DNA from: a virus
Taxonomy: Duplodnaviria; Heunggongvirae; Uroviricota; Caudoviricetes
Virus record (IMG/VR): IMGVR_UViG_3300032070_000730
Length of the DNA: 38,887 bases
Strand: one strand, 5' to 3'
Part shown: positions 1-9,629 of the stretch, one piece after another
Layout: every line of letters starts with the position of its first letter
Numbering within the stretch: position 1 is the stretch's first letter
The notes under the pieces: generated by a model
Told to the model about the DNA's origin: nothing
Seen by the model: the letters and a program-made list of their open reading frames with translations, nothing else
Database searches by the model: none
Made by a program: the position numbers and the translations under genes

Positions 1-2
1 GA

Positions 3-902
3 GTTTGGTATATAGAAAAATCAAACCCATATCCAAATCAAACAGTAACAGTCACTGTCAATACTACAGGTGGGGGTGCTTTAAAAGGAATTACTTATGG
101 TGGTGTTAAAATAACACATTTCTGGAATTTTGATTCTCCAGTTCTTTCAGTAAATAAAGAATTCAATACATTTGTCATATCATTTTTAGGAAGCATAACT
201 GGTTCTTATGGTTGCACCCAGACTCCATGTGATTACAATGGCACTGACCAATGGAATACGAGTGCTTGGGTAAATGATTATGTTTGGGAAGAAACTATAC
301 CATGCTCTACTTCCGCTTGGACACCAGATGCAAATTGTTATTATAACAATACAAGGAGATACACAAGATATGTCACTCCAGCAGGATGCGACAATGACAC
401 GAAATATGAATATGACCCAAATTGTGCGGGTGGTGGATGCACTCCACATTATCAGTGTTATAATTCGACTGAACTTGGGTATTATAATTCTTCTTGTGGA
501 TGGAGTTATCTACTATATTGCACTTACGGTTGCAATTCAACAGGCAACCCGCCACATTCTTGTTATGGGAGTCCAATATGTTCGCAATACTGCCAAAACC
601 CAGAAATGCATCAGAACCCATTCCCAGACTGTTCTTGTTCATGCACCAATTATTGTTTAGAATATCTAAATTTAAGTCAAAGTTGTGCTTGTTCTCCATA
701 CCCAGCCTTAAATTACTCACAACTACAAATCAATACTTCAGAATGGCAGAGAAACCCTGTCACGATATTCGCAGACATAACAAGCGGTATATTCGCATTA
801 GTCGGAAATATTTTAGTCCCGTTGATGATAATATTCTTGGCGATAGGTTTCGCTACAATCATAGTCATTATATTTAAGAAAGCAGTTCCAAGCGGAGTGT
901 GA
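3..902 (+). CDS. 5'-truncated Cys-rich secreted/surface protein with C-terminal TM helix
   Basis: Frame 3 is open from base 3 (VWYIEKSNPYPNQTVTV...) to TGA 900-902. It has many Cys and N-x-S/T sequons and a hydrophobic C-terminus. The ORF track shows only 606-902. Confidence 0.75.
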   Translation, partial: VWYIEKSNPYPNQTVTVTVNTTGGGALKGITYGGVKITHFWNFDSPVLSVNKEFNTFVISFLGSITGSYGCTQTPCDYNGTDQWNTSAWVNDYVWEETIPCSTSAWTPDANCYYNNTRRYTRYVTPAGCDNDTKYEYDPNCAGGGCTPHYQCYNSTELGYYNSSCGWSYLLYCTYGCNSTGNPPHSCYGSPICSQYCQNPEMHQNPFPDCSCSCTNYCLEYLNLSQSCACSPYPALNYSQLQINTSEWQRNPVTIFADITSGIFALVGNILVPLMIIFLAIGFATIIVIIFKKAVPSGV

Positions 903-1762
903 AAAAAATGAAAAGAATAATTCCAATTTTGCTGTTGAGTTTTTTGCTAATGTTAAGTCCGACTTTGGCAGACAATCCGACAATAAACGTATCTTCAGGA
1001 AATTTCATGGTCAATTACAGGATGTGGGTGTTGAATGAGACACAGTGCTATTCAAGTTATACCTGCCATGCAGACGGTTCTGCATGTTCGATACCGCCAG
1101 AATCATCCTGTTATAAATGCACGCTTCAAGGAAAATTATACTGGAACGGTTCTGCATACGCAAACATCACTTCAGCGAATGGGTGTTTAAATTACATAGT
1201 CGTTGATAATGTCGACAAGAAAAATTTCAATCTTCTTGTAAAAATCTTTCCAGAACCTTTTGACAGGTGTTATTCTGATAATCAAACCTGCAACATAACC
1301 GATTGGAATCCAGTCGCAAGTTTGAAACTACCAAATTCAGCATCATTGCAGACAGTGAGAGTTGATGTCGATACCACACAATGTTGGAACTGGTGGAATG
1401 CTTCGACTGAACAGGCAAAAGGAGAAAATGCATCACATTGCCCAGTCGCCTCGATATATGTTTCTTCCGATGAGGCATACAAAAGAATAGAATTTGACTG
1501 GGGAAGCGGAACTGGTGCTGATACTGATTATGAAATCATTTTCTTGGGTTATTCAACTTCAGTCGTGAACATAGAGCAGAAGATTTCACCTTCACTTTCA
1601 TCTGTAATGGCATCAGTCGCACAATTGATAAGCATCAATCTCGACATCTGGAAGGTTCTGTATTATCTGTTCTTGATAGGTGCGATAATCGTAGCAGTTA
1701 TAATCATAGTCGGAGTATTGCCATTGTCATTGAAATGGATACTTAAAAAAATAACGGCGTGA
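899..1762 (+). CDS. secreted protein with signal peptide and C-terminal TM anchor (putative virion/surface protein)
   Basis: MKRIIPILLLSFLLMLSPTLA signal, Cys pairs, C-terminal hydrophobic helix. Confidence 0.7.
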   Translation: MKKMKRIIPILLLSFLLMLSPTLADNPTINVSSGNFMVNYRMWVLNETQCYSSYTCHADGSACSIPPESSCYKCTLQGKLYWNGSAYANITSANGCLNYIVVDNVDKKNFNLLVKIFPEPFDRCYSDNQTCNITDWNPVASLKLPNSASLQTVRVDVDTTQCWNWWNASTEQAKGENASHCPVASIYVSSDEAYKRIEFDWGSGTGADTDYEIIFLGYSTSVVNIEQKISPSLSSVMASVAQLISINLDIWKVLYYLFLIGAIIVAVIIIVGVLPLSLKWILKKITA

Positions 1763-1766
1763 TGCA

Positions 1767-2012
1767 ATGAGTATATTAGAATTTCCAGAAGCGATTGCAA
1801 AAGCGATAACGAGCATAGGCGGATTCTTCGACAAGATTTATTGGTTGTTTGTGACGATTGGCTGGGCTTTGACATTTGTTTTTTATGTCGTGGGTTTCAT
1901 CGCACTGCAAATCATTTTCATCTACAGTTATTATAAACTGTTTCAAATAGCATTAGGATTAAAACCGAAAATAGACCAATTATTAAAAAGAGTTGATACG
2001 ATATTTCAATAA
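1767..2012 (+). CDS. small membrane protein
   Basis: 81 aa with a long hydrophobic core. Confidence 0.65.
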   Translation: MSILEFPEAIAKAITSIGGFFDKIYWLFVTIGWALTFVFYVVGFIALQIIFIYSYYKLFQIALGLKPKIDQLLKRVDTIFQ

Positions 2013-2020
2013 AAAATATT

Positions 2021-2590
2021 TTGCCGATGACAATTTTTTTTCTATTTTTATTTAGCATAGCAAACGCACAGCCACATTATGTCACTGTAGAATTCTGGCT
2101 TTCTCGTAACATGTCAACGAAATATTTTGATGATTTTCTCGTAGTCTATCTTCAGAACAAGACATACAAATCAGGGAGCATGGATTATACTTACAAATGC
2201 TATCATGCGAACTACACTGGTGGTTTAGTAAACATAACAGTCCCAGAAACAGAATATTTTGACTTGCTTTTCACGAATGGTGCTATCACTTGGAACGGAA
2301 CAAATGGATGTCCGTCTATGGTGGAAAATTATGAGGTATGGGCGACAGTCCAGAGCAATATATATGTTGACAGGAATCTCGATTTAGATTATTACATAAA
2401 CATCACAAGGTCGGGCGAACCGAGAGGGATTTTCTGGAACACACAGAGTTTCAAAGCGATATTGAGCATAATAACTTTATTGATAATAGTAGTTATAGCG
2501 GTCGGAGTCGCATACATAACAAAATCAGGAATAGCATGTCTGCTCGTATTCCTCGTCGGTTTAGCGGTAAAACTGATACTGGGAATATGA
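2021..2590 (+). CDS. secreted protein with two C-terminal TM helices
   Basis: Short signal peptide ending ANA, sequons, two hydrophobic C-terminal segments. Confidence 0.7.
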   Translation: MPMTIFFLFLFSIANAQPHYVTVEFWLSRNMSTKYFDDFLVVYLQNKTYKSGSMDYTYKCYHANYTGGLVNITVPETEYFDLLFTNGAITWNGTNGCPSMVENYEVWATVQSNIYVDRNLDLDYYINITRSGEPRGIFWNTQSFKAILSIITLLIIVVIAVGVAYITKSGIACLLVFLVGLAVKLILGI

Positions 2591-2710
2591 ATGGTCGAAC
2601 CGATGTGGGATTTGAATGAAGAGATTGGTGTAAAAAGATGGCATTTAGTCTTGCTTATAATAATTTTAACGCTTTGCATAGGGTTAATAGGGTTTTTCTT
2701 GCATCATTAA
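2591..2710 (+). CDS. 39-aa single-TM peptide overlapping the next gene (not in ORF track)
   Basis: ATG directly follows the TGA of the upstream gene; MVEPMWDLNEEIGVKRWHLVLLIIILTLCIGLIGFFLHH. Confidence 0.5.
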   Translation: MVEPMWDLNEEIGVKRWHLVLLIIILTLCIGLIGFFLHH

Positions 2711-4752
2711 TCGTTTCCACCGCTCTTTTATTTTTTTCATTTGTCAATGCAAAGGAACTTAAATCGATAGAATATAATGGTGGTTTCGTAGCGACAGCGA
2801 CAGCAAATGTGCCTTATAACAAGACGTTCATCTTCCAATCTCCAGATGGTTTTGATAAATTATATTATGCGAGGGGTTGGGTGAGGGCTGACATATCGAC
2901 AGCAGGGACGAGAATATATGCGAAAGTCGGAAGTAGTTATTGTGACCCGAATTATTATGATGTTCCAGTTGCGATAAGAGATTACAATATGTATTTCGAC
3001 TGCTCGAATGTTATAACAACTCAAGGAACTTATACTGCTGGGTTTCAGGCGAACAGGACTATAAACAATGTCTTCGTGGAATGGAAATTTACATATATGA
3101 ACAATCCCCCGTTTTCAGTCGCATCAATCGGTGGGACTGAATATTCCACAGATGAACCTGCAAGAGTTGTATTGCAGATTTTAGATAATCAAGGAAACCC
3201 AATAATCAATGGTAATTGTTATACAACAATCAGAGACAGTGCAGATAATATAAAAACAAACAATCAAACCTTGAATTTCATTTCTGGTTCAAACGGTCTT
3301 TATTATTATCAGTTTTTGACATCTCTTCCAGTCGGCGTATATTCGGCGGACAGTTATTGCGACATCAATGGAACGAAGATTTATTCTGGAGATACTTTTC
3401 ACGTTGCAGACTGGACGCAGGACATACAGGAAATAGCAAACAAGACAGTAGAATATGTTCTTACTTATGCAAGCGGAACAGAATATGCCATTGGTGAAAA
3501 CGGGACTGTTGCGATTCAATTTTTAAAAATTCAGGCTGGAAACCAGCAACCAGTTAACGATGGGAATTGTATTATAAGCATTTATTACCCGAATATGACC
3601 GCATTTATATTAAATCAATCACTGACGCTTTTGCCAAATTCGGTTGCAATCTATTATAGATATTTCACAGTCCCAGATATGACAGGTCTCTATACAACAA
3701 CAGCACTCTGCGAAAAATCTGGAATCAATATGCTCACTTCAGATTCTTTTCACGTTGGTGCGTGGACTGAAACGATAGGCAACATATCAAACAAAACTTC
3801 TGATTATAATTTAAGGTTTGCAGGTGGAACTGAATACACCACAAATGAGACAGGAACTTTTGTCATACAGTTTATGAGGACGATAGCAGGAAACCCTTCC
3901 CCGATAAACGATGCGGATTATTGCAACGGAACTTTATGGTTTCCAAACAAGACAAAATGGCTGAACAACAAAAGTTTTGTTCATTTAAACAACACCAATG
4001 GACTTTATTATTATAACACAACTACACCAAGCGAAGAAGGGGTGTATATAATAGATGCTATATGTGTGAAAGGTGGTATCATTGCCTATGACAGTGATAC
4101 GTTCCATATCGCAGGATGGGCTAACAGAATCGGGGGAAATGTCAGTTATGTAGCAAACGTAAGCAATGTAAGTTATGTAGAGGCAGTTGGATATGTCGCC
4201 GATGCGAACACTTCATTCTTTGATTTGAGGTATGCAGGTGCGACTGAATATAAGTCTGGAGAGACAGGGCATATCGCATTCCAATTCTTGCAGACTGTAG
4301 CGGGAAGCCCGAAACCAGTGAACGATGGGGAATGCAACACAACGATATGGTATCCTAATAAAACCAAATGGCTTAATAATGTGAATTTGACATACCTTAA
4401 TGGAAGCAATGCACTTTATTATTATCAGTTTAATACACCAACTACAGAAGGGGTATATGAGACTGATGTTGAATGCAAGAAAGGTGGAATAAAGACTTAT
4501 TCATCATCCACGTTCCACGTTGCAGTATGGGCTAACCAGATTTTCAATGTATCAGACCTGATAGTTTCCCACAACAATACAATCTACAATTTCTTGGTTC
4601 AGCACAATTCCACAGTGCATAGTTATCTCCAATCTATGAACACGACTATGACAAATTACTATCTTTCATTGAACCAGACCGCATACGACATAAAGACTAC
4701 ACTCGATGAGATTTATTCTTGGTTCGCTTCAAAGATAGCAGTAATAAGTTAA
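2638..4752 (+). CDS. 704-aa secreted protein with four ~115-aa GTEY...FHV Ig/macroglobulin-like repeats
   Basis: Repeats begin GGTEY/SGTEY/GGTEY/GATEY and end TFHV/SFHV/TFHI/TFHV, each with two conserved Cys. The fold assignment is inference. Confidence 0.7.
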   Translation: MAFSLAYNNFNALHRVNRVFLASLIVSTALLFFSFVNAKELKSIEYNGGFVATATANVPYNKTFIFQSPDGFDKLYYARGWVRADISTAGTRIYAKVGSSYCDPNYYDVPVAIRDYNMYFDCSNVITTQGTYTAGFQANRTINNVFVEWKFTYMNNPPFSVASIGGTEYSTDEPARVVLQILDNQGNPIINGNCYTTIRDSADNIKTNNQTLNFISGSNGLYYYQFLTSLPVGVYSADSYCDINGTKIYSGDTFHVADWTQDIQEIANKTVEYVLTYASGTEYAIGENGTVAIQFLKIQAGNQQPVNDGNCIISIYYPNMTAFILNQSLTLLPNSVAIYYRYFTVPDMTGLYTTTALCEKSGINMLTSDSFHVGAWTETIGNISNKTSDYNLRFAGGTEYTTNETGTFVIQFMRTIAGNPSPINDADYCNGTLWFPNKTKWLNNKSFVHLNNTNGLYYYNTTTPSEEGVYIIDAICVKGGIIAYDSDTFHIAGWANRIGGNVSYVANVSNVSYVEAVGYVADANTSFFDLRYAGATEYKSGETGHIAFQFLQTVAGSPKPVNDGECNTTIWYPNKTKWLNNVNLTYLNGSNALYYYQFNTPTTEGVYETDVECKKGGIKTYSSSTFHVAVWANQIFNVSDLIVSHNNTIYNFLVQHNSTVHSYLQSMNTTMTNYYLSLNQTAYDIKTTLDEIYSWFASKIAVIS

Positions 4753-4783
4753 AAAATTTTAAAAAATTAGAAAAATTTAAATA
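4753..4783 (+). promoter_or_regulatory. archaeal BRE/TATA promoter, shared motif
   Basis: aaaaattagaaaaaTTTAAATA; TATA at 4776-4783 just upstream of the 4805/4814 start. Confidence 0.6.
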
Positions 4784-4804
4784 CTTACTCCACTAAATAT
4801 TCTT

Positions 4805-5260
4805 TTGATTACTATGCAAAAAAAGAGAATCGCATTTCTTTTAACTTTACTGACAGTGTTCGGTTTAAGCGGATATTTTTATGTAAACGCAAATCCAGAG
4901 AAATTCGGTGGAACTGTATCATTCGTATCAGGAACAGAATATGCAAGTGGGGACAGTGCACAAACTATAGTCAGAGTCACGAATGCTTTAGGAATAGGAC
5001 TGACTGCTGATTGGTGCAATGTATCAATAGTCTATCCCAATAGAACATCGAATGTAACGACAAACACGGTGATGACAGCAAATGGTGTTGATGGAAGTTG
5101 GAACTATGGTTGGACTGCACCATCTGAATATGGTATCTATGAACAATATGCAGAATGCAAAGTTTCCAACAAGATAATAGCAAACTCAAAGGCATCTCAT
5201 GTATCAGAAACACTAACGCTAATCAATGAAACCAATCCTGTCGCAACAGTATTGACATAA
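4805..5260 (+). CDS. single GTEY-repeat protein with N-terminal TM
   Basis: SGTEY...CNVSIVYPN...C...SHV; paralogue of the 2638 repeats. Confidence 0.7.
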   Translation: MITMQKKRIAFLLTLLTVFGLSGYFYVNANPEKFGGTVSFVSGTEYASGDSAQTIVRVTNALGIGLTADWCNVSIVYPNRTSNVTTNTVMTANGVDGSWNYGWTAPSEYGIYEQYAECKVSNKIIANSKASHVSETLTLINETNPVATVLT

Positions 5261-5280
5261 GAGAAAATAAGTTTTTATTT

Positions 5281-6135
5281 TTAGATTTTCATATTCTTAC
5301 TTATGTGAAATGCTATGATAGATTTTCGTGGAATTGCTGGGTTTATTAGTTTTATGAATCGTTTTGTTTCTTTACTACCACCTAAAACCGATACATGAAA
5401 CATATCAACGCAATCTTTTCTTAAAGAAATTTTAAACCCTAACGAAACAATCAATTTCTTTATTATTGTTATCTTTTTTTCATTTTTTTGGGAGATAATT
5501 GCTCTATAATATCCCTCTTTTTTATATAAACAACCATCACCATCGAAAAATCCTTTTAAATAAAATATTTTACTGTTGTTATTTTTAAACCATGAAATGT
5601 TAAATTTTTTTATCCATTGAATCAAAAAAATTGAATTACATTCAATCAAATAACCAAACCCTTGTTTTATATTTATATCATTTTTTATACAAATGCGGGG
5701 GGTTAAACCTATATTTTTTAAACATTTTTTAAATTCATTAGCAAATTCTTTATCTTTTGTTAGTAATCCAATTTTATAATATTTTCTTTTTTTGAAATTT
5801 ATCCATCCATCACTATGAATAGCCCCCAAAACATAAAATAAATCCTTTGTTTTATCTAAATTAAAACTTACCTTCCATTTCATTTCACAGTATTTCGAGC
5901 AAAAATTATGTTTATTTCTTTTTTTGGCAGATGGCGGTCTATAAAAAAATTTTTTACAGAAATTACATTCAATACTTTCATTCCATCTCTTTGTTTTACT
6001 AATTTTTCTATCCCATTTGTTAAAACATTTGCTCGAACAGAAATTGTGTTTTAAACCCGATTGCTTTCGTTGTTTTATTGTAGATTTGCGTCTAACAAAA
6101 AGAATTTTACAGAAATCGCACCTTAAAATTGGCAT
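5281..6135 (-). CDS. free-standing LAGLIDADG homing endonuclease with N-terminal Cys motifs
   Basis: Two motifs, YVLGAIHSDG and YLKGFFDGDG; CxxC...FCS repeats; antisense insertion between two paralogous structural genes. Confidence 0.85.
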   Translation of the reverse strand: MPILRCDFCKILFVRRKSTIKQRKQSGLKHNFCSSKCFNKWDRKISKTKRWNESIECNFCKKFFYRPPSAKKRNKHNFCSKYCEMKWKVSFNLDKTKDLFYVLGAIHSDGWINFKKRKYYKIGLLTKDKEFANEFKKCLKNIGLTPRICIKNDINIKQGFGYLIECNSIFLIQWIKKFNISWFKNNNSKIFYLKGFFDGDGCLYKKEGYYRAIISQKNEKKITIIKKLIVSLGFKISLRKDCVDMFHVSVLGGSKETKRFIKLINPAIPRKSIIAFHISKNMKI

Positions 6136-6180
6136 AATTATTATTAAGAAGTAGTAAAATATTTAAATAGAAAATTTTTA

Positions 6181-6203
6181 AAAATTTTAGAAAATTTTAA
6201 ATC
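6181..6203 (+). promoter_or_regulatory. shared promoter motif
   Basis: aaaattttagaaaaTTTTAAATC about 24 nt before ATG 6227 (leaderless spacing). Confidence 0.6.
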
Positions 6204-6226
6204 TTTGTCATGTTAATAGTTTAATA

Positions 6227-7111
6227 ATGTCAATTATAAGAGATATATCGTTTTTGGCGTTGGGTATAATGATTACAGTATCGTTTTTAGTCGGTATTTA
6301 TTATACAATTTCACCAAAACCACAAGTGATTTATGAACAAAAAGACCCTTCTCAACCAATATTAGAAGTAGTCAGTAAAACCGAATATTATGCTGGCGAG
6401 AGTGGTCAGGTCATAATAAGAACGAGCGATTATCTTGGCAATCCATTGAATGCCACATGCAATGCTTCTATCATATTTCCGAACAAGACTTTCTGGTATA
6501 TCGATACTTCTCTTTCACCGTCTTCAATTACTGGGAATTATTACAAAGAAGTGACAATTCCAGATGTTCTTGGAGTCTATGAATATTCTTTTGTATGTGA
6601 TATAGATTTTTATGGAAAAAGCACGATAGTCAAGAGGTCTTCAAGTTTCCATGTATCAATCGCATACCAAAAGTTCCAAGAGATAATCGATAAACTCAAT
6701 GCGTTGAACAACACACTGATTCAAATCAATCAAACTAACTACGAGCAGTATCAGAATTTGACGTATATGATAAACAACCTTTCTTATAGTATGAATAACA
6801 ATTTTACCTATACCAATTCGCTGATTCAGAACATCTCTGTATATATAAACATGACAAATGTGACCGATGATATTAAAACCAACATAACAATACAGATTAA
6901 TGATTTGAAAAGTTGGACTGATAATTGGTTCAAGACGATAGAGACAGATATTTTCAATCTTGAGCAAAGATGGATAGACCTGCTTAACAATCTGTTGATG
7001 AAACTGCTTGGAACTTCAAAGTCACTACAAGATGTTGTGGGTCAGACTACTGGTGTAACCCCAACGCCAGACTGTTCTTTATTGAATAGAATACTTGGGA
7101 CTTGTCCGTAG
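6227..7111 (+). CDS. GTEY-repeat protein with N-terminal TM and C-terminal coiled coil
   Basis: KTEY...CNASIIFPN...SFHV followed by Asn/Ile-rich heptads. Confidence 0.7.
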   Translation: MSIIRDISFLALGIMITVSFLVGIYYTISPKPQVIYEQKDPSQPILEVVSKTEYYAGESGQVIIRTSDYLGNPLNATCNASIIFPNKTFWYIDTSLSPSSITGNYYKEVTIPDVLGVYEYSFVCDIDFYGKSTIVKRSSSFHVSIAYQKFQEIIDKLNALNNTLIQINQTNYEQYQNLTYMINNLSYSMNNNFTYTNSLIQNISVYINMTNVTDDIKTNITIQINDLKSWTDNWFKTIETDIFNLEQRWIDLLNNLLMKLLGTSKSLQDVVGQTTGVTPTPDCSLLNRILGTCP

Positions 7112-7121
7112 TGAAAAAAAA

Positions 7122-7313
7122 ATGTTAGAATTTCCTTATTGCCAAGCAAAAAATAGCATTATCGGAAATGTAAAAACAAAAAAATGTTACGTCACTGAAT
7201 CTGGAATCCCTTGTCAGGATTGTATCTATCATCAAAGTTTATTGCAATTGCAACTTCCTCAAAGATACTGGAACAAGATTAAGTATATAGCAAAATTTGC
7301 TATACATCGGTAA
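7122..7313 (+). CDS. small Cys-containing protein
   Basis: MLEFPYCQ...CY...CQDC; probable start at ATG 7122. Confidence 0.5.
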   Translation: MLEFPYCQAKNSIIGNVKTKKCYVTESGIPCQDCIYHQSLLQLQLPQRYWNKIKYIAKFAIHR

Positions 7314-7343
7314 ATTTAAATTTTTAAGGTTTAATTAAATATT

Positions 7344-7478
7344 ATGACAGATTATGAGGGAATGGCTAAAGTCATTATACTGATTATAGTCATACTTTTC
7401 CTTTTGACACTGCTTTGGAAGTTTTGGTCTATAATAGGGGTTTTCAGGAGTCTAAAGTGTGTTTTGTTGGGATGTTGA
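7344..7478 (+). CDS. 44-aa single-TM peptide (not in ORF track)
   Basis: MTDYEGMAKVIILIIVILFLLTLLWKFWSIIGVFRSLKCVLLGC. Confidence 0.6.
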   Translation: MTDYEGMAKVIILIIVILFLLTLLWKFWSIIGVFRSLKCVLLGC

Positions 7479-7545
7479 TAGGTATATTCTATAAGATAGA
7501 AAAGGTTATAAATCATTCTATAATTACTACTATTTAGGTGTAAAT

Positions 7546-8439
7546 GTGGTATGGAATAAAGGATTAAAAGGAGTTCAAATTGCGTGGAATAAAGGTAAGA
7601 AATGTGATTGGGTTACTAAAAGAAATTTAGAAGACAATCCTTCAAAAAAACCCAAAGTAAAAGAAAAAATATCAAAACATCATATTGATTATTATAAAAC
7701 ACATAAAAATCCGTTCGCTGGGAAAAAACATAAAAAATCAAGTAAAATAAAAATAGGTTTAGCAAATAAAGGAAGATTAGTTGGAGATAAAAACCCTTCA
7801 AAACGATTAGAAGTTAGAATTAAGATACAAGAAAAGAAAAAAGAATGGTGGAGAAAAATACGGAAAACTGAAAAATATGAACTATTCTGTGAAAAATTAA
7901 GAAAAAATAAAACTCGTGCAAAGAAAATTTCTAATGCTCTTTCAGGCGTTCCAAAATCAGAAGAAAGCACAGAAAAAAGAAGAAAGATTTTAAAAGATGG
8001 TTATGCAAATGGAGTTTATAAAATTTGGTGCGAGGGTCATACAAAAGAAAATGATAAACGCTTACAGATTAGTGGATTGAAATCAAGTAAAGCAAAAAAA
8101 GAATTTTTTAAAAAATACCCAGAAAAGCATCCTAATAGAATAATGGCAAAAAAGAAAGGAAAAGTATATATATCAAAACCACAGAGAAAATTGTTTGAAT
8201 TCATTAAGAAAAGATTTAATGATGCTGAATTGGAATTTACTATAAGAACAGAAGAAGGTGTAAGATTTGCTGACATTGGGATTCCAAGTTTGTTTATAGA
8301 TTTTGAATATAATGGTTATTATAAGCATTTCACTCCAGATGGCATAAAAAAAGATATGAAAAGAACAAGAGAAATTTCTAATTCTGGTTGGGGTGTTATA
8401 GTTTTTGAACCCGAAGATTTAGGTTTACGGAAAAACTAA
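7546..8439 (+). CDS. free-standing homing-type endonuclease (NUMOD3-like repeats + Vsr/DUF559-like nuclease)
   Basis: WNKG and NPS/NPF repeats; C-terminal RFADIGIP..IDFEYNGYYKH. Confidence 0.75.
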   Translation: MVWNKGLKGVQIAWNKGKKCDWVTKRNLEDNPSKKPKVKEKISKHHIDYYKTHKNPFAGKKHKKSSKIKIGLANKGRLVGDKNPSKRLEVRIKIQEKKKEWWRKIRKTEKYELFCEKLRKNKTRAKKISNALSGVPKSEESTEKRRKILKDGYANGVYKIWCEGHTKENDKRLQISGLKSSKAKKEFFKKYPEKHPNRIMAKKKGKVYISKPQRKLFEFIKKRFNDAELEFTIRTEEGVRFADIGIPSLFIDFEYNGYYKHFTPDGIKKDMKRTREISNSGWGVIVFEPEDLGLRKN

Positions 8440-8547
8440 ATCATTTCATTTTCTGCACCTTTTAAATATTTCTAAATTTTAATAAATTTTAGATGCTTAT
8501 AGAATCGCAAGATTCTATATAAAAAGGCATAAGATGAGGTGACACCA

Positions 8548-8767
8548 ATGGGTGCTTTGAACGATACTTTAAGCGACATTGGGTCTGGTATTGGTTCGCT
8601 CTTCACAGGAAAGTCTTAACGGATTGACCGAAAGACCCTGAATGGGGGCACCATTAGCCATTTTTGTCATACTGTTGGCAGTCGGAACAGGAATTGGATA
8701 GTTTTTGAAAAGGAAACCCAAAATTATCCTGTCATCGATTGGAAGACGTGTAGGGGCAAAAATTTAA
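8548..8767 (+). CDS. 54-aa coat-like membrane protein, spliced join(8548-8611,8643-8699,8724-8767)
   Basis: Spliced product MGALNDTLSDIGSGIGSLFTGMGAPLAIFVILLAVGTGIGFILSSIGRRVGAKI is colinear with the C-termini of 27222 and 34513. RBS gaggtga precedes the start. The coat function is inference. Confidence 0.85.
8612..8642 (+). other. 31-nt BHB intron
   Basis: Central helix CAGG(8606-09)/CCTG(8637-40), bulges AA|A and AA|T, inner stem GTCTT/AAGAC; contains the in-frame TAA. Confidence 0.9.
8700..8723 (+). other. 24-nt BHB intron
   Basis: Central helix TTGG(8694-97)/CCAA(8718-21), bulges AT|A and AA|T, inner stem GTTT/AAAC, outer CAGGA/TCCTG; removal destroys the TAG. Confidence 0.9.
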
Positions 8768-8834
8768 AGACCTGACGTTGTGTTTAGAGTTTAATACAAA
8801 AATGAAAGAACAAAAACAGGTTAAGAAATTCATA

Positions 8835-8881
8835 GAGTGTTTAATACACTCGAAGGCTTTTCTTTTTTTTCTTTTTTCTTT
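8835..8881 (+). terminator. hairpin plus oligo-T terminator after the coat-like gene
   Basis: GAGTGT-ttaat-ACACTC then a long T-rich tract. Confidence 0.55.
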
Positions 8882-8900
8882 ATATAGTTTCTTCTACCGT

Positions 8901-8924
8901 TAAATTTTTAGAAATATTTAAATA
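8901..8924 (+). promoter_or_regulatory. shared promoter motif
   Basis: taaatttttagaaataTTTAAATA, 21 nt before ATG 8946. Confidence 0.6.
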
Positions 8925-8945
8925 TTAAAAACAAATAATTTTCTC

Positions 8946-9629
8946 ATGGGTTGTTCAAAAAGACAGTCAATAGAAAATTTAGGTATATGTGCCAAAAAAG
9001 AGTTTCATCCGCCAACGGAATTTAAAAGGGGGTGTGTGGCTTGGAATAAGGGCAAAAAGGTAGATTATAATAATTCTAAATGGCTTAAATCCTTTTATCA
9101 AACACATGAGCATTGCAATAAAAGGAAAACACTTGAAGAAATTTGTGGAATAGAAAAAGCCGAAGAAATAAAAGAGAAGTCTCGTTTAAAAAAAGGTAAA
9201 ACTTACGAAGAACTTTATGGTATAGAAAAAGCCAACGAAATAAAGGAAAACATAAAGAAGGGCATCAAAAAATACAGAAAAAATCATCCAGAATGGAAGA
9301 AAAAATGCCTAAAAAGAAGAATCCCATCAAGTTTAGAAATAAAAATGATTGGGTTAATTAAAAAATTTAACTTACCTTATATTTTTGTTGGAAATGGTAA
9401 ATTCTGGATAGAAAATTGCAATCCAGATTTCATAAATTGTAATGGTGAAAAAAATGCCATAGAAGTTTTTAATAGAGAACACAAAGAGAAATTTAGGGGT
9501 GGAATTGATGAATGGAAAGTAAAAAGGGAGAAAATATTTAGAAAATATGGATGGAAAATTTTATTTTTTGATGAAACAGATGTCAATGAGAATATTATTG
9601 AAAAAATAAATATATACGGGGTGAGTTAA
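8946..9629 (+). CDS. homing-type endonuclease (KGKTYEELYG repeats + PD-(D/E)xK-like nuclease)
   Basis: AWNKG; KTLEEICG/KTYEELYG repeats; NPDFIN...AIEVF; GWKILFF. Confidence 0.7.
   Translation: MGCSKRQSIENLGICAKKEFHPPTEFKRGCVAWNKGKKVDYNNSKWLKSFYQTHEHCNKRKTLEEICGIEKAEEIKEKSRLKKGKTYEELYGIEKANEIKENIKKGIKKYRKNHPEWKKKCLKRRIPSSLEIKMIGLIKKFNLPYIFVGNGKFWIENCNPDFINCNGEKNAIEVFNREHKEKFRGGIDEWKVKREKIFRKYGWKILFFDETDVNENIIEKINIYGVS

Noticed and set aside
2623-2712. Long-range pairing that can be drawn as a BHB; one register (71 nt, 2635-2705) would fuse the 2591 peptide to the 704-aa ORF
   Set aside because: It needs several G-U pairs, the 3' bulge TCA departs from the A-W-N pattern, the other registers are unproductive, and ATG 2638 has its own GGTGTAAA RBS like 24621. 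Left as an unconfirmed possibility.
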